Of a stretch of DNA of 64,000 nt, positions 61,690-64,000 are shown in pieces. The notes below the pieces were generated by a model. It saw nothing but the letters and a program-made list of their open reading frames with translations. It made no database searches and had not been told where the DNA came from. Source of the DNA: Pseudovirgaria hyperparasitica (lineage: Eukaryota); assembly GCA_010093815.1 (NCBI GenBank), contig ML996584.1. One strand, 5' to 3'. Numbering within the stretch: the stretch's first letter is position 1; every line of letters begins with the position of its first letter. The translations under genes were made by a program, and so were the position numbers.

Positions 61690-63376
61690 ATGGCTCTCAT
61701 TCAGCAGCTTTCCGCAAGCAATGCGTGGCAAGTCCTAACACTCCAAAATGTGCTCCTTGTGTTGTTCCTGCTGTTACTCCTTTCAGTCGCCTATCAGGTC
61801 GTATACAATCGCTTCTTCCACCCCCTTTCCAAGTTCCCCGGGCCGTACTGGGCCAGTGTGACAAGACTCTATACTGTCTATCATAGTATCGTCGGTGATG
61901 CCCACCTGAACGAGTATGAAGCGGTCAAGAAATATGGTATAGACTCGCCATCCATAGCGAAAGTAAAATAAACGTTGACAGTCATAGGTCCGGTGGTCCG
62001 CATGTCGCCATCACTCCTGCTCATCCGTGACGCTACTATGCTCCCCGAGGTGTACCACCGATACGCAAACAGATCGCCATTTTACCTGAAGAACATGCTT
62101 GGAAAGGGGGAGTCGATCCTGACGACGCGCGATTGGCGCCAACACGCTCAACTACGCAGAGTCGCTGGCGGGGCCTATGCCTTCTCAAACATCAAAAAGA
62201 TGGAGCCCATCTTCGACGCCAACATCTCACGCTGGACGAAGAAAATGCACACTGACTTTGCCGTCACCGGGCGCGAATTTGACTTCGCCCCCTGGGCAGC
62301 ATACATGACCAACGATGTCCTCTCCGACGTCGGCTTCGGCGGCTCCTTCGGCTTCGTGTCCCAGGGCAAAGACATCGAGAACCTGATCACCGACTTCCGC
62401 GCCGGCCTCACCCCCTTCGGAATCATGTCCAGCCTCTACCCGCTAACCAACTGGCTCCGCAGCACCCGGATCGGCGAACGCTTCCTAATCGCCTCCCCAA
62501 ACGACAGCGGCGGCTGGGGCAGAGTGATGCACTTCCGCGACCAGCTCATCGCCGCCCGCAGACGCGACATGGCAGCCTCCAAACCCCGCGCCCAAACCGA
62601 CCTCCTCCAAATCTTCCTCGACGCCCGCGACGACGCCGGCAACCCGCTCGCCGAGGAGCAAATCAAGGCAGACCTCCTGCTCATCCTCCTCGCCGGCGCC
62701 GACACCACCGGCACAGCAATCTGCTCCATCCTCGACTTCCTCACCTCCTCCCCCGCCATCTACGCCAAACTCGTCGCCGAAATCGCACAGGCGGAGCAGC
62801 TCCACGCCGGCTTCGCAGCTGAAGTCCCCTCCTTCGACGAAGTCACCACCAAATGCCCCTATTTCGTCGCCTGCGTGAAGGAGAGTCTGCGGCTGCGGCC
62901 CTCGGCGCCATCGATCTTCCCGCGCGTCACACGCGAGGGCGGGCTCATGGTCGGCGACATACATATCCCCGCGGGCACGGAAGTGAGTTGCCAAGCATGG
63001 ATCTCGAACCGGGACCCGGAGGTGTACGGCGCGGACGCAGATACGTATAAGCCGGAGCGGTGGCTGGAGGGGGAGGAGAAGACGCGGGTGTACGAGAGGT
63101 ATCTGCAGACGTTTGGGTACAATACCAGGAGTTGTCTGGGCAAGGATATCGCGCTGATGGAGCTGTATAAGGGGCTTTTGCAGGTACGTCAGTCGGGTGG
63201 CAGAGCGGGTGTGTTGCTGTCATGTGTGGATACTAATGGTGTCCTAGTTCTTCCGGATGTTTGACGTTGAGAAGATCAGGTCTCATGGCCCGCCGGAGTT
63301 TCGGAATATGGGGGGTGTTATGGTGTGGAGCAATATATGGCTCAAGATTTCCCCGCGACACACTGTGCAGCTTTAG
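61690..63376 (+). CDS. Cytochrome P450
   Basis: N-terminal anchor plus HPLSKFPGP; I-helix AGADTT, ESLR, PERW and heme motif FGYNTRSCLG. Introns about 61937-61987 and 63184-63247. Confidence 0.95.
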
Positions 63377-63768
63377 ATGAGTTATATTGAGTGGGCCAAT
63401 TTACGAGACTTCGATGGGCATGAGCATAAAGCAATGCAGGTACGGATTCGTAAGGTAGTGTGTGTGTGCACAGATTTGGAGTCTGCCCGAGTGCCGTTCC
63501 GGCGCGAAGTATATGAGAATACATATATCCGAGGCCCCACTAACCCCGGGAGTGATACAACACTTCTTACTCATCCTTCCAGGCTTCATATCCAAAGAAC
63601 ATGCAGGTGTCTAGATAACCATAGAAATCTTTTAAGGTCTACCTACTCTCGTCTGCTTGATAGCAGTTGTAAATTATGTATCAGCACTAACCCTCGGCCG
63701 TGACCTCCCAATCCTGTTCAACCCAGCCTTAGTAGCCAAATATATTCAAAATTCTGCCACCATCAAGC

Positions 63769-63887
63769 ACATTCGGCCATACCAACCAGAAAGCAAGCGG
63801 TCCCGTTCGCTCCCGCATATTTAAGCTGGTTAGGGGTGGATTAGTAGTTAGGTGGGTGACCACTAGCGAATCCCCACTGCTGAATGT
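63769..63887 (+). rRNA. Dispersed 5S rRNA gene
   Basis: 119 nt. The ends pair (ACATTCGGC / GCTGAATGT). Conserved 5S blocks CCATAC, GTCCCGTTCGCT, TAAGC and TAGTAGTTAGGTGGGTGACCACTAGCGAATCC. TATA-like element about 28 nt upstream; T-runs immediately downstream. Confidence 0.9.
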
Positions 63888-63898
63888 TTTGTATTTTT
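63887..63898 (+). terminator. Pol III oligo-T terminator of the 5S gene
   Basis: TTTT followed by TTTTT directly after the 5S 3' end. Confidence 0.7.
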
Positions 63899-64000
63899 CA
63901 TCTCATGAGGAAGTCTGGCCGGGATGGACCTTTTTTTTTTCTGTCGAATTGTGCGACGTCGAATACAAAACAAGAACGAGGAATGATGCTCAAGTATGCC

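Noticed and set aside
63828..63856. Telomere-like GGTTAGGGG stretch
   Set aside because: It is internal sequence of the 5S rRNA gene.

Overview
Eukaryotic, intron-containing DNA from a filamentous ascomycete (Pezizomycotina; Dothideomycetes is a guess). The left end (1-6.8 kb) looks like the edge of a specialised-metabolism cluster. It holds an MIO-dependent aromatic amino-acid ammonia-lyase (PAL/TAL-like; missed by the ORF track, runs off the window, and carries an in-frame TAG), a TpA-rich relic, a phenol-2-monooxygenase-like flavoprotein and an MFS exporter. The 7.9-33 kb stretch is microsatellite-rich and strongly strand-skewed. It encodes a Pth11-like membrane protein, OPY2, the divergent ZrfC/Zrt1 + Aspf2/Pra1 zinc-scavenging pair, a secreted Pro/Thr/Glu mucin-like protein, a membrane-anchored GH3 and an OPT transporter. 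The 33-53.5 kb stretch is a compact housekeeping block: SEA3/WDR59, UBC13, an AIF-like oxidoreductase, NADP-IDH, a PMU1-like phosphatase, eIF3i, an uncharacterised repeat-SH3-HPD protein and C1-THF synthase. The right end has a gene-poor stretch of about 5.8 kb, an F-box/Cys-rich gene, a cytochrome P450 and a dispersed 5S rRNA gene. All gene calls come from manual translation and motif recognition. No database searches were run.
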